Notes: generated by a model not told the origin, from the letters alone. A DNA stretch of 64,000 bases from Callorhinchus milii (GCF_018977255.1 NW_024704742.1:34040001-34104000), one strand, 5' to 3'. Counted from the stretch's first letter, positions 26,651-40,022 are shown. Made by a program: numbers and translations.

Positions 26651-28134
26651 ACAATATGAATAACTGGATAATAATGTGGAAGTTCATATTATTCATGCGC
26701 TGTATTCATGAGGAGACGAGTCCTGCCCTGTGCTCTTTCACTGCTTGCACATTATTCACATGTGATAAACAGTGCTTTTTGTTGATTAAATGGCCCAAGG
26801 TTTCATTTGTTCGTTCACCTTTCCTCATCTTTTTCTCGAGACCTACAATACACAATATGAATTAAAGCCTAGCGAGTCTCATTATATGGAGTAGGTCAGG
26901 ACAGACAAGCAAGCTGTTTCCAACCAGACGTACATCTGATAGAGTTTATTATGCCTAGTACTTCAATCAGGATACATTGTGACTAGGCAACATTAGGAAA
27001 TTGCTTGTTATCAGATTTGTATATAAATAGAATTGACTCCACTTGTTCAGATACTACATGTCCTTTTCTTTATATTTGCATTACAGACAAGGAAGGGTTG
27101 CTCTGCACTAAGATAACTAAAAGCCTAAAGTCTTGTTGTGGTTATTTGAACCATTAGAGCATTTAGGCAATCTTAAAAACGGTTGCACTTAGTATAATTG
27201 GACAATGTTTTTTTGAATAGAAAAACAAATCATTTGTATTATAAATTATATTGTTTGTTTTCATTACCTTTGAAAAGGCAATGCACAGGAAATAATCACC
27301 CCAATCTGCAGTAGCATATTAGTAAAGCTGCAATTTGACAGATAAACCTGTGATACTCAGCATCCTATGACTTTGTTGGAACATTTCTTTTTCTCACTGT
27401 ACATAAATTAAATACATTTAATAAATAAGTAAAATAAATATTGCTTTATACTGAAGATCTGGATTTTAACTATTTTCCATATGTTTAAAAATGTATATTT
27501 AGCGGTGAATAATTGATGAATCTTCCTCTAAGCCGATCTTTCTGCCTTTGAAGCAAACCAGAACCAAGGCTAAAAGGCAATCTTCCTGAGTAATAATAAT
27601 AATAATCCTTGTATTTGATATAGCGCCTTGTCATGTCTTCGAGACATCTCAAAGCGCTTCATGGAATATACGTTTCACAGAATACTGAGTCCGCAGCAGA
27701 ATGTGTGCACAGCAATGGGGCACAGTCCACCATATTTCTTTAAAATATTCTAAATGTTGCCAAAGAGAGAATACACTTCTGAAAAGAGTAAAAAATAATG
27801 TGGTTTAATTTGCGAGATGAGCAAAGAGATTTGTAAAATAGCGGATCCTGTTAGGTACCTGGATGTAGCCAGGGCTGACCCTCTGAAACTCTGCTGAGAA
27901 TCTGTTTCTGCAGAGTGCCAGGATCCTCTTTTGGCTACAATCCAGTTTCATAGATATTGAAACTGACATTGATGTCTGAACAGTGTGTGTCATGTCTAAT
28001 CTGCACCAGCAACTCTACGTAGCTTTTTAAAACCTGTATTTTATTTGCTACCAACTTCACATTGATAGCAAATCCCTTTGCTTTATCATCTTTGTTAATG
28101 GACAGTCAGATATTTAACATGCTTATTTAAAGTA

Positions 28135-28430
28135 TGCCATCCTTTGGATGAGACATTAAACCAAGGTTCCAACTGCTTGTTCAGGTGAATGTTAAAGATC
28201 CCATTCGAATGAGAAGGGAATTTCTCCCGGTGTCCTGGTCAACAATCCCCAAATAAAAAAATTGATGGCTCACTCCATGCCTGTTTGTGGGACATTGCTG
28301 TGTGCAACTGGCTGCTGCCTTTCACCCACAAAACACACAGTCAATCTGCTTAACAATATATCCTGTGAAGCACTTTGAGAAATCTCGACAATGTTCGATA
28401 TCAAATGCAAGGGTTATTATTATTATTACT
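28135..28430 (+). mobile_element. DeuSINE-type SINE, 3' two-thirds
   Basis: Central block, 3' block and (TTA)n tail. Confidence 0.85.
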
Positions 28431-28464
28431 ATAGATGTGTCCTGATCTGCTGTTTTGTGGATTT

Positions 28465-29050
28465 TTCTTAATTTGTCCAAGTCTCTTTGAATATTTTAAG
28501 TCTTTTTTNATATTAATCACCATGTATCTTGGCTCAATTAGCATATTTGATAATATTATGTCTCGCACATAGTTACTCCTTCCCATTGATTGGCACCTTT
28601 TAAATTATATTGTCTGACTGATTGTAATTTTAGATAGCCAATTTGCCATTAGTTGCATGACACTCACTATTTTTTTAAAAAGTTTCAGAATCAAAATTTC
28701 ATCAACGTTTTCTGAAAAACCCAAATAACATGGATTTATCGAATCATCCTAATGTTCCAATTACTTGAAAGGGTTCCAGTAGCTTTGTGAGCATTACTAA
28801 TGGTTTTGGTGCCCTTTGGATGAACATTGATCAGGCTTCATGATGGATGTTGGATTAATTGGTTTACAAGTCCTTGATTCAAAATCTAGTAGACTTTTGA
28901 TTGCAAGGATATTTCTAGTATTTCTTATGGAGCCTCTAAAAATATTAAATATGGCCTCACTTATTTCTTTACTTGTTTCCTTTTCCTGAATATTCTTGCA
29001 AGCTTCTCATCTAGTCCAGGTACTCTGTAAACATACTACTTTTTGGATTG
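28465..29050 (-). mobile_element. Highly decayed CR1 RT remnant
   Basis: Minus strand gives EISEAIFNIFRGSI, KPINPTSI, WEGVT and IQRDLDKL in CR1 RT order. Confidence 0.6.
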
Positions 29051-32000
29051 TTTAGAATGCCTACTGACCTCTACATCTGGTGTGGATTCATTCAGAAAGT
29101 TGACAATTGCCATATGCCATAGTTGAATTTACCCACACAATTTATTTGTGAAGACTGATGGGCAGAATTAATTCAGCACATCAATAATTTCCTGACCCAG
29201 CATCATATTTCTACCCAACCCTTGAAACTCTGAGCCTCAAAAAGGCTTATTTGGTCTTTAACATCCTACCTACTTCATATCTACTTCATATGTTCCAGAT
29301 CTAAAAGAAAAGTTTCTTCTGTTGTCCTGGCCAACAATCCTCCATGTAAATTGATCATTCACTTTATGGCTATTTGCTGGACTTTGCAGTGTGTAAGTTG
29401 GCCGGTGGGTTTATCTACAAGTACACAGTCACTACACTTGACAGCAATTGCCTGTGAAGCTCTTTCAAAGATTTTAGTGTTATGGATATACCAGCCTCTA
29501 TGCTCTGATCTCTAGAATTGCCTCACACTATGGTGTGCCTTGCTCCTTCTCTATCTGTCTTCAAATCCCACCTAAAAACCTACCTCTTTGAGTACATCTA
29601 TATTCCCCCTCCCTTCCCCCTCCTCCCTCACTTGGCATTTAACCCAAACTCTAAGGAGCACACCCGGACGTCATACGATGTGAAGGATGCTATGTAAATA
29701 CTGGATGTATTGACATTGTATTATGGATGCTATATCAATGCAAGCTTTATTTTTACTATTTTTACTTTTGGCTGACCAAAAAAAGTGTGAATGAGCAACA
29801 AAGTTTCTAGTCAGCTGGGTAAGAATACAGTATATCCATTCAAGATGGTTTCTCCTCAATGCCAAACCCCAAGCTGACTTCTGGTCACATTATTGTCTAT
29901 CTCCTGTTCTAAAACTCTATTTAGTTCATACTGCACTCGCACCTTACTTCTGGTTTCCATATTCTTATATTACTTCTTTCTATCTGTTCACACACAAAGA
30001 CCTGAACTCACCTTTTGCTTAATTTTAACAGCCACCTGTAGCGGTCTGTTTTTCATTTCATTCTTTTCTTATCCTCCAAATTTTTAAAAAATAATCCTTT
30101 CATTATCTTTTACTTCCCTCTTCCTCCTTCTTGGTACGTTACCGTCCTCCAAATCAAACACCTTATATTTTTAGATTTAGGGTTAGCTTCTTATAATATG
30201 AAATCCATATGGTGATTGCAGGATCGCAAGTATTCACTCACTCTTGTCCTGATGTTCTCCCAAAGATATAAAAGTACAGTAGTGGAGAATCCTCCTTCAA
30301 ATGTTACATTAAATATAATTCAGCTTTTACCTCTTTAAAATTGCCTGTGGCTTCAGCCTTTCCTTTCTGTTGTGTTGTCCTGAGTTTGTCCATTTTTACT
30401 TCAACATGTTGACATTTAACTGCTCCTTCAATAATTATGATAATAGGATTCTCTGCGGCCTAGCTTCCTTTCCTGAACTGTCCTCTATCAGCCTTTTCAC
30501 TTTGAGTAACAGTATATAGCAGCTGCCAGTTATCAATTTCTTGGTGTGATCTCTCCCACTTCTACCCTTTTAGCTTTCAACACCTTACGGCCATCCATTA
30601 TCTCTTGTATCCACTTCTGCCCATTTTTTGCTCACTTCTATGTGTGACTGTTTTAATTTGTTGTCCACATAGTTCATTTTAACAGGTTAATTCCAAATGT
30701 TCCTTGATTTAGTAATAAAGCTCAGTAGAGGTTATTCTGCTCCGTTCGGGAACTATTATGCATTTTGAAATGTGGGTTTATAGTGGGATTTCCTGTAGCC
30801 CTTTGAGAAACGTGACAGTGAAATTCTGACTAATGCAAGAGAATATGAATGAACATGCGGTAAGATCTTTGGACAATCACCACCCAGATCTCAGTTTCAA
30901 GTTTTCAAAAGCACACACCTGCAATGCAGAATGACCACAAAATACTAGAAAACATTGCCCCGTTTAGAATGATATTACCATTGAAGTATAAAAACATGTA
31001 GCCCCTTATTTGTGCTGAGCTAATCCTGGCATGCATACTGCACGCTGAAAAAATGCCTAGTTATAGCGATAGTGAAATATTACAGTGAGTTTGTAGGAAA
31101 ATGTTGTACAAGGTGATTCATGACAGATGTCCTTTCAAGACATCATGTTATACAACGAAATGGTCCCATGACCAGTCTGATGCCACTGATATGATTTGCT
31201 GGAACACTGGGCTGCAAACAGCCTTAGCAACGCACCACGGCAACAGTGCACATCAAATCACATGATGAACTATGGCGATTACTGCAGTTAAATTACATTA
31301 TATATCTAAATAAAACAACGGAAAAACAAAACTGTTCTCCTGGATATAATGAAGGTGATGATTCACCCTCTCTCTGATCTTGACATGACATGTTTGTGTC
31401 CCTGGTGTTTGATGCTACTTGGGTTTCGACACATTTGTTCTGATGTCACTTCTTGTCCTTAAAAAACAAGAACAACAGCAAAGTTACATTGACACAGCTC
31501 CTTTGGGCAGACCTGAGCTGTCAAGTGTGCCTTTAATAAGTCCAACTTCAGAAGCTGGCTAAGTATATAGAGGTTAATTTTGTTATTTTAATTTTGCATT
31601 TCAGCTTTCCCGATGATTATTTGTGAAACCAAGTGCGGCTGGTAAAGGGGACTTAGTGACGTAACCCGAGAGCTAGTGATGGTTTTATCTGCAAATGGCT
31701 TTTATGGTTACTTTTTTGACAGCCATTTTAGTTTCTTCCACGGTCAGAGAGCCAGTTCTCAGAGATCACCGTTATCAGAGAGCGTGAAGAGATGGTTGGT
31801 AATTACACAGCAAGAAAGAATGTACATTTCTATGGCTCCTTATTTGTCAACATGCCTCAAAGCACTTTTTGATCATTGTAAAGTGTTGTTTTAATAGGAG
31901 TTAGTCTGCAGGAATAGCCACAAATCAGCTTTCATATGTGAAAAAGGCGATAGTGGGACTGAGGTAAGAGAACTTGGCAATAAATATAAAGTTCTTATTC

Positions 32001-34081
32001 TCGAGTAAAATGTTTTAATCTCTCGCAAAGGAATAAAAAGTAAACAGAATTCTGATTTCATGAGTTAATTTCATTGAATTAATCCAGTTAAAACAGATTG
32101 TTTCACTGGTAACAATTCATACATGTCAGAATAAATAACTCGCACTTTACAAATGATGTTTCCAGTTCCCAGTTGTTTTCTCCTCATCAATCTGCCGCCT
32201 GCCGCATGATATATTCTTGGCCACTTCAAGTTCCTTGAGGCTTAAAAAGTGAAAACAAATTCACTCAGTTTTTGACGTGTCGCTTCATTTCAAATAAATT
32301 TGGTATTGACATATGGTGAATTATACTCCAACACACAATTGCTACTGTTCAAGATTTTGCCAGAAAAAAGAGTAATAAGCCAACAAAAGACTCAAAGGAC
32401 GAGAGAGCAAGTAACAGATTTCCCTGGTTTGCCACACTGCCTCTAGCTGGCACAACTCACTATGGAAACTCTCAGTAACAGTAGCGATGATTTTTTTTGT
32501 TATCAAAGTCCTAGGAGTATTCCTTCAGTGACTTCTTATCCCATTCACTGTGCAACACAGTTAATAAATCAAGAAAAAAGAAACGGGGTGGCCACCAGCC
32601 AGCAATGCAAAGTGCCAATGAAAGAAAAGATTTATGGAGGATCCAAAGTCTCGGGGATCTTTGTACCTATGAAACAGCTGCACGCGTTTTTAAGTGGCGG
32701 TGGCCTACAGTTTGGATTTGTGTCTGACCTTAAGCCTTACTTGACATGTCTGGAGGAAATTGCAGAGGCCACGTACAATGGTGCATTGACATTTGGTGTC
32801 CAACAGGTGGCATTTTTTCTCCATTCTTTTGCTTTCCTCAGTAAATATCCCAGTCAAGTTGCTGATTGTACTTGCTGAAGCTGTAATATTCCATTAATAC
32901 AGCTTTGCTGAACTCCCTCCATGGTCAGTTTCAAAGCTGCCAAAATAACACATTCAAGTACAGGCCTTTGCTAAAGAAACTCTGGTATTTGCTCCAATGA
33001 GATACAAGCCCATCACAGCACTGATACGGTCTTTGCCCAGCATTGCTGTCTGCTACGCTAAAATGTTTTACAAATACTGTAGATGTAGGATATTTTGATA
33101 ATGGTGAATCAAATGAATGAAGCTGTTAATCTGTGTCATTGACTAAACTAGGAGTTGCCACGTCACAGCAGTCTTCGTAATCAGTGAGACATAATACATA
33201 GCAGAATGCAGTTGGTCACTATTTAGTATCCAATTACAGATGAATTACATAAGCAGAAGTAGCCTAGCAACAGAAAAGAACCCGGTTTAAATAAACCATT
33301 ATATGTCCTGCATGAATTACAGCTAAGCTTTCAATTACTAATCATGTGCGATGTATCCTTTTACCATTCAGTCATGTTTATGCCTCTGGAAATAAATGGA
33401 ACACTAGTACTCGCTATGACAAAAAATGAAGATCTTAGAAATATTTAAAACTCCACAATACTAAAAAGTGCCAGATAAACTTGTCCGAGAACTGGGCTGC
33501 AATAAGTCAAACAGACATAAGATGGCGCCAGATACTCAAACCAGCTTGGCCTCTTGTAGGCACTTTGCACCGTGCGTATGCGTCCCTCTGGTTTATATTA
33601 ACCAGAACAAATCTTTCTTCCAGGAGTATTACTGTGAGAGAAAGAGAAATAATATTTCATTGTGAGCAATGAATCCACATTCATTGACGAGCTGCTTTTG
33701 TGTTCGATACACAAGTGGCAAAATGTACATTAGTTATGACAGATGTGTCTTATAGAAATTGAACATTGATATACCATAAACTGAAGCCATGAGATGATTG
33801 ACAAACAGTTTTCTCAAAAGTTAAGTTGCTCCTTCATGGGCCAACAAAAGGCTCAATGTGAGGAAGCAGGCATTGGATGAGTGTTTGAATGTAATATTGA
33901 TGCAACATTTGAAGAGAAACAATGTAAAATGCTACAGAGAAAGAAAAAGGAATTGGGTTTAGAGTAAAAAATAAATCTACAATAGAGGAGCAGTCTTGGT
34001 GGTCTGCATGGTCCTCCATGTTTTCTCTATGATTGTTTTTGGTCAGGTGGGTGTCTAACATATGTGGAAGCCCATCACTAT

Positions 34082-34615
34082 GTCCAAACCAAACTGAGAG
34101 TTCCACACATCCCATCTCTATCTGGAGATTTCTGAGGTATTTATTGGAGTGGAATGCACAGTCTCTCTCTGGAGGGACACATCTGCTTATCTAATTCCGG
34201 AAAATATTAAGCGCAGGTTGGCAAGAGCCAAGGCCTGGGGACCCCAGAGTGTGCGTTGGGGTAACTGTTGAAGTCTAACCAGCTAAAACTATATAGTTAG
34301 CCATTGAAACCACTGTCTGGCAAACTTTCCCACTGCTTGTCCAGCTAGGACCACTCTATCCATTAGAGCTTTGGCTTGCAGGGTTAACGGAAGCTGTGTG
34401 GCAAGAATCCCTGAATCAGTGACTGGTCTCCCCTTCCAAGGCCTGCTGGTGAGCCAGGCTGGCTGTGCTGTCATCAGCAGTGCCCTGGAATACCGCAGAT
34501 CTACCTGGCTCAGGAACTGGACTACCGAGATCGCCATAGAGGCTTGATTCTAACATTCGAAACATCTTGCCTTGGTGCCTGTACAGCTCCAAGGAAACCC
34601 TGCTTACTTTCTAAC
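34082..34615 (+). repeat. Unclassified dispersed repeat family X, longest copy
   Basis: Overlaps by similarity the fragments at 4063, 8425 and 43795. Confidence 0.8.
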
Positions 34616-35495
34616 TTCTTACCAATAAGAGTAATGAGCTAATGGGCCTTCAAGCACATAGTCCCAAAGGTGGGTAATTTTCCCCCAATGCTGAGATAAT
34701 TTCTTCATATGAGAAGTGCTTCTCCTGGTGGTCTGTTCAAGACCTTATGTCATTTGTCCCTGCTGAAGCACAAGAGGTTTGGAGTGACAGGATCTTAGAG
34801 GAAATTTTGAGTGACAGGATCCTAATAATTTACCCCACAAGTGATTTCTATGCGAACGTATACATCAGTTGTCTACAAGAAGTTTCCTTAAAAGGGGATG
34901 AAATTAGCTGTTTGTGCAGGCTGAAAATCACCATGTTTCTAAACATGTAGAGATCTCACAAGCTATGGATATGCTGAGGCAGTTAGAATATCTGAGCAAT
35001 CTATCATTTTGCTTCCTTGCCTCCTTGACACCTTGCTGAAGAGAGGAAAGTGAGAAAAGAAAAAGAAAACACAGCCAGCAAAATATGAAGGTTTCTGCTC
35101 CAACAAATTATGCCTGGGCTAAAGTGAACAATGTAGAATCTACTGTTTACAACAATTAGCCAGTATTGGGCACAGAACCTTGGGATCGATCTGTCTAAAG
35201 CTGCTTTAATTCAATAAAAATATTAAAAACTGCGGCCTGAAAACACAATTGTTAAAAAAAGGTGGGATTCTGTCAGGACAAGAATAATAATAGAAAACAT
35301 ATAGATCAGGAGAAGGTTACTCAGCCCAATGTCTTTTAACAGATTGTGCTATTTTCCATAATTTATGCAATTTACCTTATTTACCCTATTTATTCTTGCC
35401 CATATAAACTTCACTGTTTGTGTAAACCTCATTAAATTGATAGAAAAGTGTTGTATAATACTGACTTCAGATTAGGTAATGGTATCAATGTAATC

Positions 35496-35704
35496 AAAAT
35501 GCAAAATACTGCAGATGTTAGAAATCTGAAACAAAAACAGAAGTCACTGGGAACACTCAGCAGATCAGGCAACATCTACGGAGAAAGGAAAGTGAGTCAA
35601 CGTTTTGGGTCCATGACCCTTCGTTAGATGGATCGTGAACCAGAAACGTTCACTCACTTTCCTTTCTCCATAGACGCTGCCTGACCTGCTGAGTGTTCCC
35701 GGTG
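35496..35704. mobile_element. Penelope-like-element-derived palindromic repeat
   Basis: 75-bp inverted arms at 35545-35619 and 35630-35704 (about 11 mismatches by hand). The 5' flank gcaaaatactgcagatgttagaaatctgaaacaaaaacagaa matches a common chondrichthyan Penelope-related repeat (from memory). Decayed hammerhead core at the centre. Confidence 0.75.
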
Positions 35705-35732
35705 TCAATATAATGTTCAGCTCTTTGCATTT

Positions 35733-36052
35733 GTGGAGTCCTGTAGCTCAGTGGTTAGAGCACTCGCTTTGCAAGCGAGAGACCTGAGTTCAATTCCAGG
35801 CAGGGCGAAACCTTGGGCAAGTTTCCTTACTCCACACAGAGCCTAATAATAATAATCCCTCCAAAACCAAAACATTTGGTCATTTTCAATCTACGACTGT
35901 TTGTGGGACATTGCTGTGCGCAATTGGCTGCCGCGTTCGCCCACAAATATACAGTCAGTTCACTTTACAGTGTGTTCTGTGAAGCGCTTTGGGACGTCCT
36001 CCCGACGTGAAAAGCGCTATATCAAATGCAAGGATTATTATTATTATTATTA
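35733..36052 (+). mobile_element. Young tRNA-Ala-headed SINE, short subfamily, full length
   Basis: Head with anticodon arm CTCGC-TTTGCAA-GCGAG, retained CpGs and a long (ATT)n tail. Confidence 0.95.
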
Positions 36053-36569
36053 TAACCACCTACAGAAGATAGTTTCAGACAGGAGCTGGCATGCATGCTT
36101 CCAGTGGCCACAAAAGAGTTAAGGAAGGGCGGCAGTGTTGTCAAATGGCTGCCGTAGTCACTTTACAGTGTGCTGAATACAGATACATTTTACTATATAT
36201 CCTGTGAAGTGTCCTGGGGCATCCTCCTGACATGAAAGGCGCTATATCAAATGTAAGGATTATTATTATTATAGAGAATATCTGTTGCAATGTGCTCATA
36301 TTGCTTTGTCAATGCCCAGGTCTGTGCCTGAGCAGGAATAGATGAATCAGGCAGTATAACTCCAATCTACCTGCATGCAAGTCTCTACTACTGACAGGCA
36401 AATTACATCACTTCCTTAGCAGAGAGAGGGATTTTAATCTTCTAAAAGAGATGAATAACCACAAATTATATTTTTCAGATGGTAAAGCTCTGTGAAATTC
36501 CTCCTCGATTTCCCCTCCCCTGTCAAAGATAATGCAGTGTAAGAGTAGGAAATCAATACATTACAATTA

Positions 36570-36975
36570 GGTGTCAGTTAGTAGCACTCTCACCTCTAAG
36601 GATTTAATCCCCATGTTGGGACTTTGAGTTCATAGTCTAGGCTGACACTTTATTGCAGTGTTGGGGTGTGCTGCATTGTTGAAGGTGGCATCCTTCAGAT
36701 GAGATGTTAAACTGAGGCTGGCTGTTCAGGTGGATGTTAAAGATCCTGTGGCACTGATTGAAAAGAGAAGGGAGTTTCTCCCAGTGCTATGGAGAGCGAT
36801 TCAACCAGATAAAAATAGTCATTCACTTCATGACTATTTGTCTGCTGTCCACAAATTGGCTGCCAGGTGGGCGGGCCTACAAAAAACACAGTCACAACAT
36901 GTTACAGCAAATCGTGTGTTGCCGTTCTTGAGACTCCTCTCGAAATGGAAGGTGCTATATCAAATGTAAGGATCA
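36570..36975 (+). mobile_element. DeuSINE-type SINE, near full length
   Basis: Head remnant gtgtcagttagtagcactctcacctct, central block, and tail caaatgtaaggat. Confidence 0.85.
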
Positions 36976-37847
36976 TGTTTTTTGTGTGCACTATTCAAGC
37001 TTGTTCCATCTACTGATAACATTTTTGACATTTCTGATGGTCGTAGCAGCATAGAAATTACCATGTCCTGTAAAGTGTTTGATACCTTTCCTCAAAACTT
37101 CAGTCCTGCTCTTATCCGGACTTTTAATGAACATTAGCAAAAATATAATTGTATCTCTATACAGCCACAACACTTCAGTTGAGAACACTGGGTTTGCACT
37201 GTACAGGGCACCTCAGAGTAACATTGTACAAGATTGACTTAGAAACAGTTTGTCAACATTCACAAGATTACAAGAGTTGCAAATAAAGAAGAACTCATTT
37301 GATCTCACCCTGCCAGAACATAATATCTGTACAGGGTTAGAAAATGAAAAATAGATATAGTAGTCCTTATTGGAACATCACAGATCAGCAATAGATGGAA
37401 GAACGTTACACATTTAAAAGCACAATAATCACAAAATATACATAGAATTCTTTGCTTTTATAGAAATTTGTTTGTTGGATGATTGAATTATGGAGGAGGA
37501 GAGGAAGATGTTAATCTGAAGCAGAATTTGGAACTTCATTCTGATTAAATATTTATTTTGTCAATTGTCTTCTCTCCTTTGCACTCCAAGACACTACCCT
37601 ACATGAACAGCCTTTTTGAATGAAAGTTGTTACTATGGTTGTTTGTGTTGCTTTCTGCTGGGGTATAACTTTATACAGGTCCCTGTAGACCTCACCCAAG
37701 AGCCCATTATTCATATATGAGCCTTGACTGTGTGTATTGCTAGGCTATTTGACCGCAGTGGCATCAGAGTGTAGTCCGATCTAGTCCCGAGGTAAGAAAG
37801 TACACAAACTATTTTATCAGACGAGATGCTTGGGTTCCTTTCATAAA

Positions 37848-37995
37848 CAACAACAAAATTACATTTGTATGGTGCCTGTCAAGTTGGGAGGATGTCCCAA
37901 GGAGCTGGGGGTCGGGATCGAGGAGGGTGGAGGGCAGGGGTGGAAGGAGGGTGATCGAAGGCACGAAGAGAAGGGTCTTGAGATAGGTCTTGAAG
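37848..37995 (-). mobile_element. L2 3' end fragment
   Basis: (AAC)n tail plus the reverse complement of the KTYL-type ORF end and 3' UTR seen at 56930-57100. Confidence 0.7.
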
Positions 37996-38959
37996 GAAGA
38001 TTAACCCTAACCCTGAAGCAGAATCTGATTTATTTGCTAAGAAAAGTACCTTTCTGTTGATAAATTTGCAACTATTTGCTTCTAATATTATTGAGGTCAA
38101 AATTGTAGTATTCCTAAACACATTCCATTCTTTGTTTATTTGTTGAGGAATGTAGAAACACAACTGTATTGAAGGCACGATGTTGAAGTCTGTCTCGAAA
38201 TACAGTCACCCCTGCCTACAGTTCCATCTAAGCTGCTGAATAATGTTTGTGCCCAAACCTGGCTGAAAGCTTTGGGAATTCTTGGATTCTGCACAAACAG
38301 GATAATTTTTGAATCAGAAATAGCCTTTCTGAGCTTATTCAGAAGATACAGACCTAACTCAATCTTTTGACACTTGTAAATGTAACTGAGAAGCCATAAA
38401 TAATGTCTGACCTTGAGCCACTTTGGTTTCGCACAAACCAGCCAAAATGTTGAAAGAGTTAAAATACAGTTACCATCTTACTTACTATTGTGGCTCTATC
38501 CCAGATCTCAAAGTGTTTCAAGTTCAAAATCATGCAGCACAACAACCACAACAAATTACATTTGTATAGCGCCCTTCATGTCAGGAGGACGAAAGTGGCC
38601 TGTTAACTCATCGATCTGTAATTATGGCTATTTTGGGGGTAACTAACTGATAAAATAATAGAAACTTAAAATATGGATTAAAAAGCATATGTGTTGTAAC
38701 TGAGATCTACACTGTTCCCAGACCAGAGAGACTTTTAGTCTTTTTTGTAGCTATAAAATATTTTAATTAAGAGAGATAGAGGTTCAACATACTTCAAGTG
38801 TTTCTGATGGATCCCCAAATCTTCCAAGTTGTTGATGTTTCTTCTGCTTCCAGCATATTGATATGGCCATCAAAAGGGTGTTGGGGGAGTCTGCCTTTGT
38901 CATATCTGAGATTCAGTCAGTGTACTAATTATCATAAGTATTCAACTCAAGTGTTGACA

Positions 38960-39390
38960 CATCATCGCAGTTTTCCTCTTAAAGTCTCCATTGGTCTCTC
39001 TTTAGTCCCCTCTGAGAAGTATCTTTACAAGGCACAACTTATCCTTCTAACACTGGGAATCAGCTTAAATTTTCACCCCTGTACTCTACTAGAGCTTGGC
39101 TAACCCCTTTATTGCGTGGTAATCAGTCTTGTACCTAAATCTAGTAGATCCTGCTTTACCAGGCCACGATACAGGTTGAATATGACTTCTGGGGAACTCA
39201 ACTGATTTGGAAATTTAGTCCAACATCCTGTTTGCTTTATTTTTGCCTCACACTGTCTGGGCATGGTGTGTGAAGTGTCAACTCGTATCTCGATATCTCT
39301 TTATGCTTCTCCCATGGCAAGTTCTGCCTCATCCATTCCATTGAGTATATATACAGCTATTTTAATTCCAAGATGTAGGAAATGTAGCAA
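38960..39390 (-). mobile_element. Decayed CR1 ORF2 C-terminal remnant
   Basis: Minus strand gives LHLGIK, a frameshifted QC..KANRMLG-like segment and LYRGLVK in CR1 order. Confidence 0.6.
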
Positions 39391-39457
39391 ATGTTTTGAA
39401 ATGTTTGTATTTATACAGATTAATCTTAGTTTGTCCATGATCAGCCTAGGTGCTTAT

Positions 39458-39661
39458 TAATAATAATTCTTGCATCTGGATCTAGCGACCTGAACAGAAT
39501 ATACTGTAAAGTGAATTGACTGTATATTTTGTGGGTGGACAAACAGTCATGGATTGAGTGACCAAATTATTACTATTTTTAAGGGATTATTACCTTGAGG
39601 GATTATTAGTGATTGGCCAATCGACTCCTACTTACTGGTAGGTAAACAGAGGTGTGTGGAG
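39458..39661 (-). mobile_element. tRNA-Ala-headed SINE family, headless partial copy
   Basis: Reverse complement of the CORE-like block (ctccacacacctctgtttacct) and the 3' block. Confidence 0.8.
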
Positions 39662-39819
39662 GAGACAACAGAATTGATGTTGAAATAATCTCTACACATT
39701 GTGGGGATGAGTCTGCATTGGACAGTAAATTTGCAAACCTTGACTATGAGCACATTTTATGTTAATTTACCACATTCTGCAATGTACATTTATAATGATG
39801 TTTTCCTATTACATAATAT

Positions 39820-40022
39820 TCGCCCCTTCCCTCGCCACCTTCAAGAACCACTCAAGATCCTCCTCTTCGACCATGCTTTCGATCTCCCTGCTTCCCCCCC
39901 CTGCTCTCCACCCTCCCCCACCTCGACCCTCAGCTCGGGTCCGTAACCCTGTTTGTCCAGCACCTTGGGACATTCTCCCGACGTAAAAGGCACTATACAA
40001 ATGTAATTTTGTTGATGTTGTT
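39820..40022 (+). mobile_element. L2 3' end fragment
   Basis: APSLATFKNHxKxxLF-type ORF end and tail gggacattctcccgacgtaaaaggcactatacaaatgtaattttgttgatgttgttg. Confidence 0.85.

Noticed and set aside
28509..28509. Ambiguous base N
   Set aside because: Assembly ambiguity next to a T run, not biological.
32462..32878. 138-aa ORF and a possible minus-strand exon ending at a GTAAGG donor near 32740
   Set aside because: No recognisable protein similarity in the frames examined.
35738..35808. tRNA-Ala(TGC) gene
   Set aside because: It continues directly into a SINE body and tail and recurs in several SINE copies, so it is a SINE head.
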